DNA of 64,000 nucleotides from Escherichia coli (GTDB lineage Bacteria; Pseudomonadota; Gammaproteobacteria; Enterobacterales; Enterobacteriaceae): NCBI RefSeq assembly GCF_024223415.1, contig NZ_CP100500.1; one strand, 5' to 3'. Shown piece by piece: positions 52,020 to 64,000 of this stretch (position 1 is its first letter; each line of letters starts with the position of its first letter). The notes under the pieces were generated by a model. It saw only the letters and a program-made list of their open reading frames with translations, ran no database searches and was not told where the DNA came from. The position numbers and the translations under genes were made by a program.

Positions 52020-52526
52020 TTATTTCTTCGCTTCTACGCCATCAGTTTCAGAGCGAATTAAAAATTTCTCAGTTGTTTGCGGAATATGCTGAATCAGCCA
52101 GTCGGCCATTTGCTTTTCCTCATTTAAAATCGCTTCGATGATCGGAATTGAGGCTGTATCACCGGCATTTTTTGCTGCTGCTAATAGAGAGGTGTAACAG
52201 GCGATTTCAAATTGCTCGAAGACATATCCGCTAATAGAGCCTTTGACTATTTCATCAGAAGGGAATATACCACCGATTGACTGCCCAAGCGCAGCCATTT
52301 TACTCATGGAATCTTTAATGACTGAACGTGAAATGTCATTACGATCAAGAATAGTTTCCAGTTGAACAATCTGGTTTTTGGTTTCACTAAGATGTTGTTC
52401 AATACGAGCACGTAGTTCAGGATAATTATCTATACGGCTGGCCATGGATTCAAGCATAGATTCGGCTTGCTTTTCCATTGCATGGGCGTCACGTAACCAG
52501 TCATGATAATGTTCAATACGATTCAT
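52020..52526 (-). CDS. yciE: ferritin-like DUF892 protein YciE
   Basis: 168 aa ORF recognised as YciE; yciE-yciF-yciG-trp order. Confidence 0.9.
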   Translation of the reverse strand: MNRIEHYHDWLRDAHAMEKQAESMLESMASRIDNYPELRARIEQHLSETKNQIVQLETILDRNDISRSVIKDSMSKMAALGQSIGGIFPSDEIVKGSISGYVFEQFEIACYTSLLAAAKNAGDTASIPIIEAILNEEKQMADWLIQHIPQTTEKFLIRSETDGVEAKK

Positions 52527-52571
52527 GAAAATGTCCTCTTTATAAAATGACTAAAAGTTAAAGTTCATATT

Positions 52572-53072
52572 TCAGGCTTTATTTTCGGCTTTCTTATTTA
52601 CGTTATTAAGGGCCAGATCAGTCAGTTTGATGTCGGTGGCCTTTTCTTCTTCCAGGGTCTCTTTCAGAAGCTTCGCTGCTTTACGGTAACCTAATTGTTC
52701 AGCCAGCGTCGCTAATGTCCCGTAAGTGGCAATCTCATAATGCTCGACTTTCTGTGCTGCGGCAATCAGTGCGGCATCACGCACTTCGTTTTTCTCGGTA
52801 CTTTCGATGACCTCATTAGCTTCTTCAATAAGACCTTCCATTGCCACACATTTCATGCGCTTAATTTTCAGATTCGATTCTGATTCCACAACTTGATCAA
52901 TACGTTCAATCTGTCCATGTGTTTCCTCGAGGTGCGCATGAAAAGCCTGACTTAATTTTTCGTTTGATGTTGCTCTTGCGAGTTTTGCCAGTGCCCGGGT
53001 TAATTGTTTTTCTGCGCTGTAGGTATCTGAAAGCAGGTGAATAAATACATCTTCAATGGTCTTCATATTCAT
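52572..53072 (-). CDS. yciF: ferritin-like protein YciF
   Basis: Internal Met (MNMKTIEDV...) of ORF 52572..53120 gives 166 aa YciF. Confidence 0.88.
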   Translation of the reverse strand: MNMKTIEDVFIHLLSDTYSAEKQLTRALAKLARATSNEKLSQAFHAHLEETHGQIERIDQVVESESNLKIKRMKCVAMEGLIEEANEVIESTEKNEVRDAALIAAAQKVEHYEIATYGTLATLAEQLGYRKAAKLLKETLEEEKATDIKLTDLALNNVNKKAENKA

Positions 53073-53157
53073 ATATTTCTCCAGTGGAATCACTGCGAGC
53101 CATACGGCCCGCAGATGCAATTATCTTTATCAGCTGATATTAATAATTAACGATGAA

Positions 53158-53337
53158 TCAGGATTTACCTGATTTATTACCACCGTTTTGTTGACCGCCT
53201 TTTTTACCCGCTTCAGATGCGCGTTGCGGATCATTTTTAAAATTACCGCCGCTATGCTGACCGCCTTTACGGCCTGCGTCGGATGCCTTCTCACGGTCTT
53301 CGGCGAAATTTCCTGAACCACCACGATGTTCGGCCAT
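53158..53337 (-). CDS. yciG: stress protein YciG (KGG-repeat)
   Basis: Internal Met (MAEHRGGSGNF...) of ORF 53158..53394 gives a 59 aa KGG-repeat protein. Confidence 0.85.
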   Translation of the reverse strand: MAEHRGGSGNFAEDREKASDAGRKGGQHSGGNFKNDPQRASEAGKKGGQQNGGNKSGKS

Positions 53338-53685
53338 GTTATTTCTCCCGTTGCGTTGCATTGTTTCATTAATATGAGTGTTATGTGTCGACACTCATTA
53401 AAATTAGTCGCTAATGAGAATTAGTCAAATTAAGCGTAACGAGAAGGAAGTGGAAAAATATATTATGAGGAACGTTCTTGATATATTAACAATTGCCTGA
53501 GGAATAAGTGACTTAGAGAAAATTATTGATTTTACTGGTGTTATGTTGCGGGATTAATTTGTTTGATTATATTACTGTTGGGCGGAAAAATGACGTAAGT
53601 TGACGTTCGACAGGGGTAAGCGAAACGGTAAAAAGATAAATATTAAATGAATTTAGGATTTTTCCAGCTTCGTTAAAGAAAGTTA

Positions 53686-53712
53686 AAATGCCGCCAGCGG
53701 AACTGGCGGCTG
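53686..53712 (-). terminator. trp operon terminator region
   Basis: gccgccagcggaactggcggc palindrome just downstream of the trpA stop, followed by a T-run on the minus strand; coordinates approximate. Confidence 0.55.
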
Positions 53713-53717
53713 TGGGA

Positions 53718-54524
53718 TTAACTGCGCGTCGCCGCTTTCATCGGTTGTACAAAAACTTTCAGTGCCGCCAGCATTTTCTCTGGCTCATTAATATGTTGCT
53801 CGATGATTTTAACAATGGCCGAACCAGAAATCGCGCCCGCAGCTCCTGCATCAATCGCTGCTTTTACCTGATCCGGGGCGGAAATACCAAATCCCTGCAA
53901 TGGAGGTGCAGCGTTGTACTCTTTCAGCTTCGCAACCAGATGATTGAGGGGTAACGCGGCGCGGTTTTCAGCGCCGGTCACGCCCGCACGCGACAGCAAA
54001 TAGGTGTAACCACGACCGTAAGAGGCTATCTGGCGCAGCAAGTCGTCATCGGCATTCGGCGGGCAGATAAAGATAGGTGCGACATTATGGCGCAACGCGG
54101 CCTGGCGGAAGGGCGCGGACTCTTCAACTGGCACATCGGCAACCAGCACCGAATCGACGCCGACTTTTTCGCACTGGGCATAAAACTCATCAATGCCTTT
54201 GTTAAACACCAGATTGGCATACATCAAAAGGCCGATAGGAATGGTCGGGTGCTTCTGGCGAATGAGTGCCAGCATCTCAAAGCACTGCGCCGGGGTCACA
54301 CCTGCCGCAAAGGCACGCAGTGTGGCGTTTTGAATCGTCGGGCCATCTGCCAGTGGGTCGGAGAAGGGGATGCCTAACTCCAGCGCGTCAGCACCGGCTT
54401 CAATTAGCGTATCGATAATTTTCAGCGACTGCTCAATGCCCGGATCCCCGAGCGTGACGAAAGGAACGAATGCGCCTTCTTTGCGCTCCTTCAACTGGGC
54501 AAACAGAGATTCGTAGCGTTCCAT
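53718..54524 (-). CDS. trpA: tryptophan synthase alpha subunit
   Basis: 268 aa, full-length TrpA. Confidence 0.97.
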
Positions 54525-55717
54525 CAGATTTCCCCTCGTGCTTTCAAAATATCGTGAACGGTGAAGATGTCTTTATCGCCGCGACCGGAAAGGTTAACCA
54601 CCAGTAGCTGCTCTTTTTCCGGGTTTTCGCGCATCATTTTCAACGCATGGGCCAGGGCGTGGGAGGATTCCAGCGCCGGGATGATCCCTTCATGCAGGCA
54701 GAGCGTTTTGAAGGCTTCAAGGGCTTCTTCATCGGTAATAGACACGTAATCAGCGCGTCCAGTGCTGTTAAGATACGCGTGTTGTGGGCCGACAGACGGG
54801 AAATCCAGTCCGGCGGAGATGGAGTAAGATTCTTCAATCTGCCCGTCTTCGGTTTGCATCATCGGCGCTTTCATACCGAAATAAATGCCCACGCGACCAT
54901 GTTTTAGCGGTGCGCCGTGCTCGCCAGTTTCGATACCGTGACCACCAGGCTCCACACCAATCAGGCCGACGTCGGTTTCGTTGATGAAATCTGCAAACAT
55001 ACCGATGGCATTCGAACCGCCGCCAACACAGGCGATAACGGCATCCGGCAGGCGACCTTCTCTTTCCAGAATCTGTGCTTTGGTTTCTTCGCCAATCATC
55101 CGCTGAAACTCACGGACAATGGTCGGGTAAGGATGCGGGCCAGCCGCGGTGCCCAGCATATAGTGCGCGGTTTCATAACTGCCGGACCAGTCGCGTAGCG
55201 CCTCATTACAGGCATCTTTCAGCGTGGCGGAACCGCTATGTACCGGGATCACTTCCGCACCCATTAAGCGCATACGAAAAACGTTAGGCGACTGGCGTTC
55301 AACGTCTTTGGCACCCATATAAATACGGCATTTCAGGCCGAGCAGGGCGCTGGCAAGGGCCGACGCCACGCCATGCTGACCGGCCCCGGTTTCGGCGATG
55401 ATTTCGGTTTTACCCATCCGCTTCGCCAGTAAAGCCTGACCGAGCACCTGGTTAGTTTTATGCGCGCCGCCGTGCAGCAAATCTTCGCGCTTCAGATACA
55501 GCGTGGTTTTCGTCCCAGCCGTAATGTTCTGGCATTTGGTCAGTGCGGTTGGACGCCCGGCATAGTTTTTCAGTAGGTCGTTGAACTGGGCTTGAAATTC
55601 AGGATCTTTTTGCGCGCTGACAAAAGCTTCTTCCAGCTGGCGCAGAGCAGGCATCAGGATTTGTGGCACGTACATGCCGCCAAACTCACCAAAATAGGGG
55701 TTAAGTAATGTTGTCAT
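54524..55717 (-). CDS. trpB: tryptophan synthase beta subunit
   Basis: 397 aa, PLP-binding TrpB. Confidence 0.97.
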
Positions 55718-55728
55718 TTTTCCTTTCC

Positions 55729-57090
55729 TTAATATGCGCGCAGCGTCTGGAAAACCGAGGCCAAAAGACGTGCGTCTTTGATGCCCGGTTGCGACTCTAC
55801 AGCAGAATTAAAATCAAGTCCGGCGCAGCCGGTTTGTGCCGCTTCCACGCAGTTATCTGCGCCTAAGCCCCCCGCCAGCAGAACGTTGCCAAGCGATTGA
55901 CCGTTTAACAGTGACCAGTCGAAACGTTGCCCGCTTCCACCCTGGCCGTTGTCTAAAACATATTTATCAACGTGCTGAAGCTCGCGGGCGGGCAGGGTTT
56001 CACCGACGCTTAATGCTTTCCAGATGGCAATGTTTGCGGGCAGCGCGCCACGCAATGTGTCGATATATTGTTGATCTTCATTACCATGCAGTTGCACTGC
56101 CGCCAGTGATAACACCTTAGCTTTGTCCAACACATCGGCAATATCGTGATTGCGGAACACGCCAACATACTGCAACGGTGCCGCAGCCATCACTTCCTGC
56201 GCCTGTTCAACGTTGACGCAACGCGGTGATGTCGCAACAAAAATCAACCCACCGTAAATCGCGCCCGCGTCATACGCTGCTTTAGCATCTTGCCCACGCG
56301 TCAGGCCACATACTTTATTCTCACCCAGCAACACCCGGCGCACGGCGGCGTTCAAATCGTCATGGGCCATCAACGCCGAACCAATCAGAAAACCGTTAGC
56401 GAAGTGGCTTAACTCGCGCACCTGAGCGTAAGTATTGATGCCTGATTCGCTGATTACCGTCACGTTGTGCCCCAGTTTCGGCGCAAGCTCGCGGGTACGG
56501 TTGAGATCAATCGACAAATCACGCAGATCGCGGTTGTTGATGCCAACGACCTTTGCCCCCAATGCAATGGCGCGCTCCAGTTCCTCTTCATTACTGACTT
56601 CGGTCAGCACACCCATCTCCAGACTGTGGGCGACGGCGGCAAGCTGGCGATATTGTTCGTCATCCAGTACTGAAAGCATTAATAAGCAGGCATCGGCCTG
56701 GTAATAGCGCGCCAGATAGATCTGGTAAGGGTCGATAATGAAGTCTTTACATAAAATCGGCTGCGGGGCGATTTGGCTGACGATGGGGAGGAAATCAAAG
56801 CTCCCCTGAAAATATTTCTCATCAGTCAGCACCGAAATTGCCGAAGCGTAATGTTTATAAATGGCGGCAATGCGTGCTGGATCGAAATCATCACGGATCA
56901 CGCCTTTTGACGGCGACGCTTTCTTGCACTCCAGAATAAACGCCGTGCGCGCACCCTGTAGCGCATCATAAAAATGTCGCGTGCTCGGCTGAACCTCATT
57001 CTGAAAACTGGCCAGCGGTTGCTGCTGTTTGCGGGCTTCTACCCAAATCGCCTTGTCTGCGACGATTTTCGCTAAAACGGTTTGCATCAT
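55729..57090 (-). CDS. trpC: bifunctional indole-3-glycerol phosphate synthase / phosphoribosylanthranilate isomerase
   Basis: 453 aa TrpC(F). Confidence 0.97.
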   Translation of the reverse strand: MMQTVLAKIVADKAIWVEARKQQQPLASFQNEVQPSTRHFYDALQGARTAFILECKKASPSKGVIRDDFDPARIAAIYKHYASAISVLTDEKYFQGSFDFLPIVSQIAPQPILCKDFIIDPYQIYLARYYQADACLLMLSVLDDEQYRQLAAVAHSLEMGVLTEVSNEEELERAIALGAKVVGINNRDLRDLSIDLNRTRELAPKLGHNVTVISESGINTYAQVRELSHFANGFLIGSALMAHDDLNAAVRRVLLGENKVCGLTRGQDAKAAYDAGAIYGGLIFVATSPRCVNVEQAQEVMAAAPLQYVGVFRNHDIADVLDKAKVLSLAAVQLHGNEDQQYIDTLRGALPANIAIWKALSVGETLPARELQHVDKYVLDNGQGGSGQRFDWSLLNGQSLGNVLLAGGLGADNCVEAAQTGCAGLDFNSAVESQPGIKDARLLASVFQTLRAY

Positions 57091-58686
57091 TTACCCTCGT
57101 GCCGCCAGTGCGGTGACTCTGTCGTAAGCGGAACCACTGCGCAGTACCTCAAGAACGGTTTGCGCATTGGCTTGCAGATCTTCATGGCCATGCAGGCGCA
57201 TTAACATGGCGACGTTCGCAGCGACGGCTGCTTCATGGGCGGCGTCGCCTTTACCTTGTAACAAACGTGTTAAAATGTCACGGTTTTCTTCCGGTGTTCC
57301 GCCTGCCAGTTGCTCCTGGTGGTAGGGTGTCAGGCCAAAGTCTTCTGCGGTGAGCTGATAGCTTTTAATTTCGCCGTCATGCAGTTCGGCAACGATTGTC
57401 GGCGCGTGTAATGAAACTTCATCCATCCCGCCGCTGTGCACCACCGCCGCGCGTTGATACCCCAGCACGCGCAAGGTTTCGGCAATCGGCAGCACCAGTT
57501 CCGGACTATAAACACCAATTAACGCCAGCGGCGGATGCGCCGGGTTAATCAATGGCCCCAGCACATTGAACAGGGTGCGGGTTTTCAGTTGCTGGCGAAC
57601 CGGCATCGCGTGGCGGAATCCGGTGTGATATTTCGGCGCAAAGAGGAAACATACGCCTAACTCATCCAGCGCCTGGCGCGATTTATCGGCGTTCATATCA
57701 AGATTAATACCGAATGCCGCCAGCAGATCCGACGAGCCGGATTTACTGGAGACGCTACGGTTGCCGTGTTTCGCCACTTTCAGCCCACAGGCCGCGGCGA
57801 CAAACGCACTGGCGGTAGAAATATTGATACTGTTGCTGCCGTCACCGCCAGTACCGACGATATCAGCAAACAGATAATCCGGGCGCGGGAACGGCGCTGC
57901 GTTTTCCAGTAGCGCGGTTGCTGCCCCAGCGATCTCGTTCGGGTGCTCACCGCGAATTTTCATGCTCACCAGCGCCGCCGCCAGTTGTTCCGGCTTCAGC
58001 TCGCCACGCACCACCGCTGAAAACAGCTGGTGACTTTCTTGTTGGCTAAGCGTCTGCGCCTGATACAGTTTTTCCAGAATCGGTTGCAGTGTGTTGGTTG
58101 GCTCTAGTTTCTGCTGCGCCCAGGCCAGCGTTTGTTCCAGCAGGCGAGCACCTTGGGTAGTAAGAATGGACTCTGGATGAAACTGGAAACCGCAAACGCG
58201 ATCTGCATCGTGACGCACCGCCATCACCATGCCATTAAAATGGGCGTTGATGGTTAAACCGGCCGGAATATTACTGCCAACCAGCGAGTGATAACGCGCC
58301 ACCGGCAGCGGGTTTGTTAATCCGGCAAACATCGCCTGACCGTCGTGTTCAATGCTGGAGGCTTTACCGTGGAGAATTTCGCCCGCCTGACCGACATAGC
58401 CCCCGTAAGCTTCGACAATTGCCTGATGACCAAGGCAAATGCCAATAATAGGCAGCTTACCGCGCAGGCGGGTAAGCAGTTCAGGCATACAACCAGCTTC
58501 GCTCGGCACACCGGGTCCTGGAGAAAGCATCAGCACCGGATTGCTCATCGTCGCCAGGCGTTCAATTAAGGTTTGCGCCGGAATATGGTTGCGGTAAATC
58601 ACCACGTTATGCCCATTGCTGCGCAACTGATCTGCCAGGTTGTACGTAAAAGAGTCGATATTATCGAGCAGCAGAATGTCAGCCAT
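57091..58686 (-). CDS. trpD: bifunctional anthranilate synthase glutamine amidotransferase / anthranilate phosphoribosyltransferase
   Basis: 531 aa TrpGD. Confidence 0.97.
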   Translation of the reverse strand: MADILLLDNIDSFTYNLADQLRSNGHNVVIYRNHIPAQTLIERLATMSNPVLMLSPGPGVPSEAGCMPELLTRLRGKLPIIGICLGHQAIVEAYGGYVGQAGEILHGKASSIEHDGQAMFAGLTNPLPVARYHSLVGSNIPAGLTINAHFNGMVMAVRHDADRVCGFQFHPESILTTQGARLLEQTLAWAQQKLEPTNTLQPILEKLYQAQTLSQQESHQLFSAVVRGELKPEQLAAALVSMKIRGEHPNEIAGAATALLENAAPFPRPDYLFADIVGTGGDGSNSINISTASAFVAAACGLKVAKHGNRSVSSKSGSSDLLAAFGINLDMNADKSRQALDELGVCFLFAPKYHTGFRHAMPVRQQLKTRTLFNVLGPLINPAHPPLALIGVYSPELVLPIAETLRVLGYQRAAVVHSGGMDEVSLHAPTIVAELHDGEIKSYQLTAEDFGLTPYHQEQLAGGTPEENRDILTRLLQGKGDAAHEAAVAANVAMLMRLHGHEDLQANAQTVLEVLRSGSAYDRVTALAARG

Positions 58687-60248
58687 CAGAAAGTCTCCTG
58701 TGCATGATGCGCGGTGGCAATAGCGCGCAGTACAGCGCGGGCTTTATTACGGGTTTCGTCGGCTTCCGACTGCGGAACAGAATCAAGGACTACGCCAGCA
58801 CCGGCTTGCACGGTGGCGATACCGTTTTCCACCAGCGCCGAGCGGATCACAATGCAGGTGTCGAGATCGCCATGCGCGGTGAAATAACCTACCGCGCCGC
58901 CGTAGCTGCCGCGGCGACGACCTTCAGCCTCGGCAATTAACTGCATAGCGCGTACTTTCGGCGCACCGCTTAACGTACCCATATTCATACAGGCGCGGTA
59001 AGCATGCAGGGCGTCGAGATCGTGGCGCAGTTCCCCGACCACTCGGGAGACGAGGTGCATCACATAGGAATAACGGTCTACTTTGGTGAGATCGGCAACG
59101 TAGCGGCTGCCGGGGGTGCAAATGCGCGCCAGGTCATTTCGGGCGAGATCTACCAGCATCAGATGTTCTGAAAGTTCTTTATGGTCGGTACGCATTTCCA
59201 GTTCAATACGGCTGTCAAGGTCCCTGTCGAGCGAGCCATCGGCGCGACGACCGCGTGGACGTGTTCCGGCAATCGGGTAGATCTCAATCTGGCGGCTGGT
59301 GGCGTCATACTTGAGCGAACTTTCCGGCGACGCGCCAAACAGGGTGAAATCATTATCCTGCATAAAAAACATGTACGGGCTGGGATTACTCTTTTTCAGC
59401 ACGTAATAGGCCGCCAGCGGTGACGGGCAGGGCAGAGAGAAACGGCGAGATGGCACCACCTGGAAAATTTCTCCAGCGCGAATCGCTTTTTGCAACAAAC
59501 GCACTACGCCACCGAACTCTTCATCGCTCTGGTTACATTCACAACGCATATGCGGCACGGAAACCACCGGCAGCGGTGGCGCGGTTTCGGTCAGTTGCTG
59601 GCGAAGATCGTTCAGGCGAGCAGTGAGACGTTGTTTTTCTTCTTCATTCGGAGCAAACAGGCTGGCCTGAATGCGGGTGCTTTTTTTCTGATGGTCAATC
59701 ACCATCAGCGTTTCAGCGAGATAAAAACAGAAATCAGGGCAGTTATTTTCCGCTGACAGTTGCGGTAAATCTTCAAACCCCGCCACAAGGTCATAAGAGA
59801 ACAGGCCGCCGAAGAACATGGCTTCTCGTTCTTCCTTCGGTACATTCAACAGATTCTGCAATAAGCGGAAAGCGTCAAAAACCGAAAGGGAGCATAAGCG
59901 AGCGTCTTCATCCAGCAGTGGACTAACAGGGGGGAAGCGCAGCACACGGCAGTTTGGTAATTGTTCATTTTCCACACCCGCAGGCAGGGCGTTATCCAGT
60001 AGTGTCAGCAGGGCTTCGCCGTTGCCGGAAAGGGACTGGATTGTGACAGTGTCACCTAAAGCTGTAATGCGCAGCGCACTGTCTACCAGCAGCAGGCTTT
60101 TTAAATCATCTTTGCTGTCGATATCTGCGGATTCCAGCAGCAGCGTTGCCGGACGATCCCCACACAACTGGTGAAAAAGCGCGGTGGGATTGTCGCGATA
60201 AGCGCCTTCGCAGGTTAGCAGTTCGAGAGTCGGTTTTTGTGTTTGCAT
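58686..60248 (-). CDS. trpE: anthranilate synthase component I
   Basis: 520 aa TrpE. Confidence 0.97.
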   Translation of the reverse strand: MQTQKPTLELLTCEGAYRDNPTALFHQLCGDRPATLLLESADIDSKDDLKSLLLVDSALRITALGDTVTIQSLSGNGEALLTLLDNALPAGVENEQLPNCRVLRFPPVSPLLDEDARLCSLSVFDAFRLLQNLLNVPKEEREAMFFGGLFSYDLVAGFEDLPQLSAENNCPDFCFYLAETLMVIDHQKKSTRIQASLFAPNEEEKQRLTARLNDLRQQLTETAPPLPVVSVPHMRCECNQSDEEFGGVVRLLQKAIRAGEIFQVVPSRRFSLPCPSPLAAYYVLKKSNPSPYMFFMQDNDFTLFGASPESSLKYDATSRQIEIYPIAGTRPRGRRADGSLDRDLDSRIELEMRTDHKELSEHLMLVDLARNDLARICTPGSRYVADLTKVDRYSYVMHLVSRVVGELRHDLDALHAYRACMNMGTLSGAPKVRAMQLIAEAEGRRRGSYGGAVGYFTAHGDLDTCIVIRSALVENGIATVQAGAGVVLDSVPQSEADETRNKARAVLRAIATAHHAQETF

Positions 60249-60269
60249 TGTTATTCTCTAATTTTGTTC

Positions 60270-60297
60270 AAAAAAAAGCCCGCTCATTAGGCGGGCT
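60270..60297 (-). terminator. trp attenuator (3:4 terminator hairpin)
   Basis: Minus strand reads agcccgcctaatgagcgggcttttttttg between trpL and trpE; coordinates approximate. Confidence 0.85.
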
Positions 60298-60339
60298 GGG
60301 TATCTGATTGCTTTACGCATGGTGAATACACTGCCCGTT

Positions 60340-60384
60340 TCAGGAAGTGCGCCACCAACCTTTCAGTACGAAAATTGCTTTCAT
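60340..60384 (-). CDS. trpL: trp operon leader peptide
   Basis: Minus-strand atgaaagcaattttcgtactgaaaggttggtggcgcacttcctga = [14 protein letters not shown] with tandem Trp codons. Confidence 0.9.
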
Positions 60385-60399
60385 TGTCGATACCCTTTT

Positions 60400-60460
60400 T
60401 ACGTGAACTTGCGTACTAGTTAACTAGTTCGATGATTAATTGTCAACAGCTCATTTCAGA
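60400..60460 (-). promoter_or_regulatory. trp promoter with TrpR operator
   Basis: Minus strand reads ttgacaattaatcatcgaactagttaactagtacgcaagttcac (-35 TTGACA, operator ACTAGTTAACTAGT); coordinates approximate. Confidence 0.85.
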
Positions 60461-60521
60461 ATATTTGCCAGAACCGTTATGATGTCGGCGCAAAAAACAT
60501 TATCCAGAACGGGAGTGCGCC

Positions 60522-61403
60522 TTGAGCGACACGAATTACGCAGTGATTTACGACCTGCACAGCCATACCACAGCTTCCGATGGCTGCCTGACGCCAGAAG
60601 CATTGGTGCACCGTGCAGTCGAGATGCGCGTCGGCACCCTGGCGATCACCGACCATGACACCACAGCTGCAATCGCGCCAGCAAGAGAGGAAATTTCACG
60701 TTCGGGACTGGCGCTGAATCTTATTCCCGGCGTGGAAATTTCCACGGTCTGGGAAAATCATGAAATTCATATTGTCGGGCTGAATATTGATATTACTCAT
60801 CCGCTAATGTGTGAGTTCCTCGCGCAGCAGACAGAACGGCGCAATCAACGGGCGCAGCAAATTGCCGAAAGACTTGAAAAAGCGCAAATACCTGGGGCGC
60901 TGGAAGGCGCACAACGACTGGCGCAGGGCGGCGCAGTAACGCGCGGTCATTTTGCGCGTTTCCTTGTTGAGTGCGGCAAAGCCAGTTCAATGGCGGATGT
61001 CTTTAAAAAGTATCTGGCGCGCGGGAAAACCGGATACGTTCCGCCACAGTGGTGTACAATAGAACAAGCTATTGATGTCATTCATCATTCTGGCGGTAAG
61101 GCGGTGCTAGCTCATCCTGGGCGGTACAATCTTAGTGCTAAATGGCTGAAAAGATTGGTTGCGCATTTTGCCGAACACGACGGCGACGCGATGGAAGTCG
61201 CGCAGTGCCAGCAATCGCCCAATGAACGCACCCAGCTGGCGACACTTGCGCGTCAGCATCATTTATGGGCATCACAAGGATCTGATTTTCATCAGCCATG
61301 TCCGTGGATCGAACTGGGTCGTAAACTCTGGCTGCCCGCAGGCGTTGAAGGCGTCTGGCAGCTATGGGAACAGCCGCAGAACACCACAGAGAGGGAATTA
61401 TGA
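60522..61403 (+). CDS. yciV: PHP-domain phosphoesterase YciV (TrpH/RNase AM)
   Basis: 293 aa with PHP-domain His motifs (LHSHTTASDG); divergent from trp operon. Confidence 0.9.
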   Translation: MSDTNYAVIYDLHSHTTASDGCLTPEALVHRAVEMRVGTLAITDHDTTAAIAPAREEISRSGLALNLIPGVEISTVWENHEIHIVGLNIDITHPLMCEFLAQQTERRNQRAQQIAERLEKAQIPGALEGAQRLAQGGAVTRGHFARFLVECGKASSMADVFKKYLARGKTGYVPPQWCTIEQAIDVIHHSGGKAVLAHPGRYNLSAKWLKRLVAHFAEHDGDAMEVAQCQQSPNERTQLATLARQHHLWASQGSDFHQPCPWIELGRKLWLPAGVEGVWQLWEQPQNTTEREL

Positions 61404-62020
61404 GCCAGTTTTTTTATATTCATCCTGATAACCCACAGCAACGTCTGATCAACCAGGCGGTGGAGATCGTGCGTAAAGGCGGGGTGATTGTTTATCCAAC
61501 TGATTCCGGCTATGCGCTCGGCTGTAAAATTGAAGATAAAAACGCCATGGAGCGTATTTGTCGTATTCGCCAGCTGCCGGACGGTCACAACTTTACCCTG
61601 ATGTGTCGCGATCTATCTGAACTCTCGACCTATTCATTTGTCGATAACGTTGCGTTTCGTTTAATGAAAAACAACACGCCGGGCAACTATACCTTCATCC
61701 TGAAGGGGACGAAGGAGGTACCACGCCGTCTGTTGCAGGAAAAACGCAAAACCATCGGTATGCGTGTGCCTTCTAACCCGATTGCGCAGGCGTTGCTTGA
61801 AGCACTGGGCGAACCAATGCTTTCCACTTCGCTAATGCTGCCAGGCAGCGAATTTACCGAATCCGATCCCGAAGAAATTAAAGACCGTCTGGAAAAACAG
61901 GTAGATTTGATTATTCACGGCGGCTATCTCGGGCAGAAACCAACAACGGTTATTGATCTTACCGATGATACGCCGGTCGTGGTGCGTGAAGGCGTAGGTG
62001 ATGTGAAGCCTTTCTTATAA
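61400..62020 (+). CDS. yciO: L-threonylcarbamoyladenylate synthase-like protein YciO (Sua5/YrdC family)
   Basis: Internal Met (MSQFFYIHPDNPQQ...) of ORF 61364..62020; YrdC-like fold motifs. Confidence 0.88.
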   Translation: MSQFFYIHPDNPQQRLINQAVEIVRKGGVIVYPTDSGYALGCKIEDKNAMERICRIRQLPDGHNFTLMCRDLSELSTYSFVDNVAFRLMKNNTPGNYTFILKGTKEVPRRLLQEKRKTIGMRVPSNPIAQALLEALGEPMLSTSLMLPGSEFTESDPEEIKDRLEKQVDLIIHGGYLGQKPTTVIDLTDDTPVVVREGVGDVKPFL

Positions 62021-62047
62021 CAAATTGCGTTCCACGGATGGAAGACT

Positions 62048-63943
62048 ATGGCAGGGAAGTTTCGCTGCATTTTGCTGTTGATAGCAGGGCTGTTTGTATC
62101 ATCTCTAAGTTATGCAGAAAACACGGAGATCCCTTCTTATGAAGAAGGGATCTCGCTCTTTGATGTTGAAGCCACTCTGCAACCGGATGGGGTGCTCGAC
62201 ATCAAAGAGAACATTCATTTTCAGGCGCGAAATCAGCAGATTAAGCACGGATTTTATCGTGATTTACCACGACTCTGGATGCAGCCTGATGGTGACGCGG
62301 CGCTGCTGAACTATCGCATTATTAGCGTCACCCGTGATGGTATTCCTGAACCCTGGCATCTTAACTGGCATATCGGGTTAATGAGTATTGTCGTGGGTGA
62401 TAAACATAGTTTCTTGCCTCAAGGTGACTATCATTATCAAATTCATTATCAGGTTAAAAATGCTTTCCTGCGTGAGGGTGACTCTGACCTGCTAATCTGG
62501 AACGTGACTGGTAACAACTGGCCGTTTGAAATTTATAAGACCCGATTTTCACTCAAGTTCCCTGATATCGCGGGTAATCCATTTAGCGAAATCGCTCTCT
62601 TTACTGGAGAAGAGGGCGACACATATCGAAATGGCCGCATCCTTGAGGACGGAAGAATTGAATCCAGCGATCCGTTTTATCGTGAAGATTTCACGGTACT
62701 CTACCGTTGGCCTCACTCGTTACTTAGCAATGCCCCGGCTCCACAAACGACGAATATTTTCAGCCATCTTCTTTTACCCTCCACGTCATCGTTGTTAATT
62801 TGGTTTCCGTGTCTATTCCTGGTTTGTGGATGGTTATATCTCTGGAAGCGCAGGCCGCAATTTACGCCGGTAGATGTGATTGAAACCGATGTCATTCCGC
62901 CAGATTACACGCCCGGCATGTTACGTCTCGATGCGAAGCTGGTTTACGATGATAAAGGGTTTTGTGCCGATATCGTAAATCTGATTGTGAAAGGAAAAAT
63001 TCATCTGGAAGATCAGTATGATAAGAACCAGCAAATCCTGATTCGTGTTAATGAAGGCGCGACCAGAAATAATGAGGTATTACTGCCCGCAGAGCAGTTA
63101 TTACTGGAAGCGTTATTTCGTAAAGGCGATAAGGTCGTTCTTACGGGGAGACGCAACAGAGTCTTACGCAGGGCATTTTTACGGATGCAGAAATTTTATC
63201 TGCCGCGTAAAAAGTCTTCGTTTTACCGGCCTGATACTTTTTTGCAATGGGGGGGAGTGGCAATATTGGCGGTCATTCTTTACGGTAACCTGAGTCCTGT
63301 AGGCTGGGCAGGAATGAGTCTGGTGGGCGATATGTTTATTATGATCTGCTGGCTTCTTCCTTTTTTATTTTGTTCCCTTGAGCTTTTGTTTGCCCGCGAT
63401 GATGACAAGCCTTGCGTTAATCGTGTAATCATCACTTTGTTTTTACCACTGATTTGTTCAGGCGTAGCCTTCTATTCTCTCTATATCAATGTCGGAGATG
63501 TATTCTTTTACTGGTATATGCCAGCGGGTTATTTTAGCGCTGTTTTCCTGACCGGTTATCTCACTGGCATGGGGTATATTTTTCTGCCAAAGTTTACCCA
63601 AACTGGGCAGCAACGTTATGCCCACGGTGAAGCTATCGTTAACTATCTTGCGCGTAAAGAGGCGGCAACGCACAGTGGGCGGCGTCGGAAAGGGGAAACA
63701 CGTAAACTGGATTATGCGTTGCTAGGTTGGGCGGTCTCGGCAAACCTTGGCAGAGAATGGGCAGCACGTATCACCCCATCACTCACAGCGGCTGTTAGCG
63801 CCCCGGAAATTGCCCGTAGTGGCGTTTTGTTCTCATTACAGATGCACCTGAGTCTGGGGGCCAATACCAGTTTGTTGGGGCGAAGTTATTCCGGTGGTGG
63901 TGCTGGCGGCGGCGCGGGTGGCGGAGGCGGTGGTGGCTGGTAA
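62048..63943 (+). CDS. yciQ: DUF2207 family membrane protein YciQ
   Basis: 631 aa, signal peptide, several TM helices, Gly-rich C-terminus. Confidence 0.85.
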   Translation: MAGKFRCILLLIAGLFVSSLSYAENTEIPSYEEGISLFDVEATLQPDGVLDIKENIHFQARNQQIKHGFYRDLPRLWMQPDGDAALLNYRIISVTRDGIPEPWHLNWHIGLMSIVVGDKHSFLPQGDYHYQIHYQVKNAFLREGDSDLLIWNVTGNNWPFEIYKTRFSLKFPDIAGNPFSEIALFTGEEGDTYRNGRILEDGRIESSDPFYREDFTVLYRWPHSLLSNAPAPQTTNIFSHLLLPSTSSLLIWFPCLFLVCGWLYLWKRRPQFTPVDVIETDVIPPDYTPGMLRLDAKLVYDDKGFCADIVNLIVKGKIHLEDQYDKNQQILIRVNEGATRNNEVLLPAEQLLLEALFRKGDKVVLTGRRNRVLRRAFLRMQKFYLPRKKSSFYRPDTFLQWGGVAILAVILYGNLSPVGWAGMSLVGDMFIMICWLLPFLFCSLELLFARDDDKPCVNRVIITLFLPLICSGVAFYSLYINVGDVFFYWYMPAGYFSAVFLTGYLTGMGYIFLPKFTQTGQQRYAHGEAIVNYLARKEAATHSGRRRKGETRKLDYALLGWAVSANLGREWAARITPSLTAAVSAPEIARSGVLFSLQMHLSLGANTSLLGRSYSGGGAGGGAGGGGGGGW

Positions 63944-64000
63944 TTAAGCTGATGTTAATCGAAACAAGCTTTAACCATAAAGATAGTGTAGTATGTTGCG

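Overview
This window reads as an E. coli chromosomal segment carrying a roughly 47 kb lambda-like prophage (about 4.65-51.84 kb). Left flank: torZ (3' part), cmoB, cmoA, yecN, and yecE with a phage-replaced 5' end next to a tyrosine integrase, so the prophage sits in the yecE site. The prophage runs int-xis, an accessory block of uncharacterised minus-strand genes (6.4-10.3 kb), cI/cro immunity, antirepressor and Lar, a replication module (O-like, DnaC-like, DnaB-like), Q, a porin pseudogene, tRNA genes, a pinholin/SAR-endolysin/Rz/Rz1 lysis cassette, a lambda-like cos site, a near-complete lambda-type head and tail gene set (Nu1 through J), a collagen-repeat side tail fiber, a YadA-like autotransporter cargo gene with a regulator, and dinI. 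Right flank: a Rha-like gene remnant between ssrA-3'-like repeats, the 3' remnant of ompW, then yciE-yciF-yciG, the complete trp operon with leader and attenuator, and yciV-yciO-yciQ. The two flanks come from chromosomal regions that are far apart and oppositely oriented in E. coli K-12, which suggests a hybrid prophage at an inversion junction. The major capsid gene carries a frameshift and the porin gene a nonsense codon, so the prophage may be defective. The best candidates for something undescribed are the accessory genes between xis and cI, which I could not assign to any family. All calls are from reading the translations and sequence by eye; no searches were run, and hand-derived coordinates (not taken from the ORF track) may be off by 1-2 bp.
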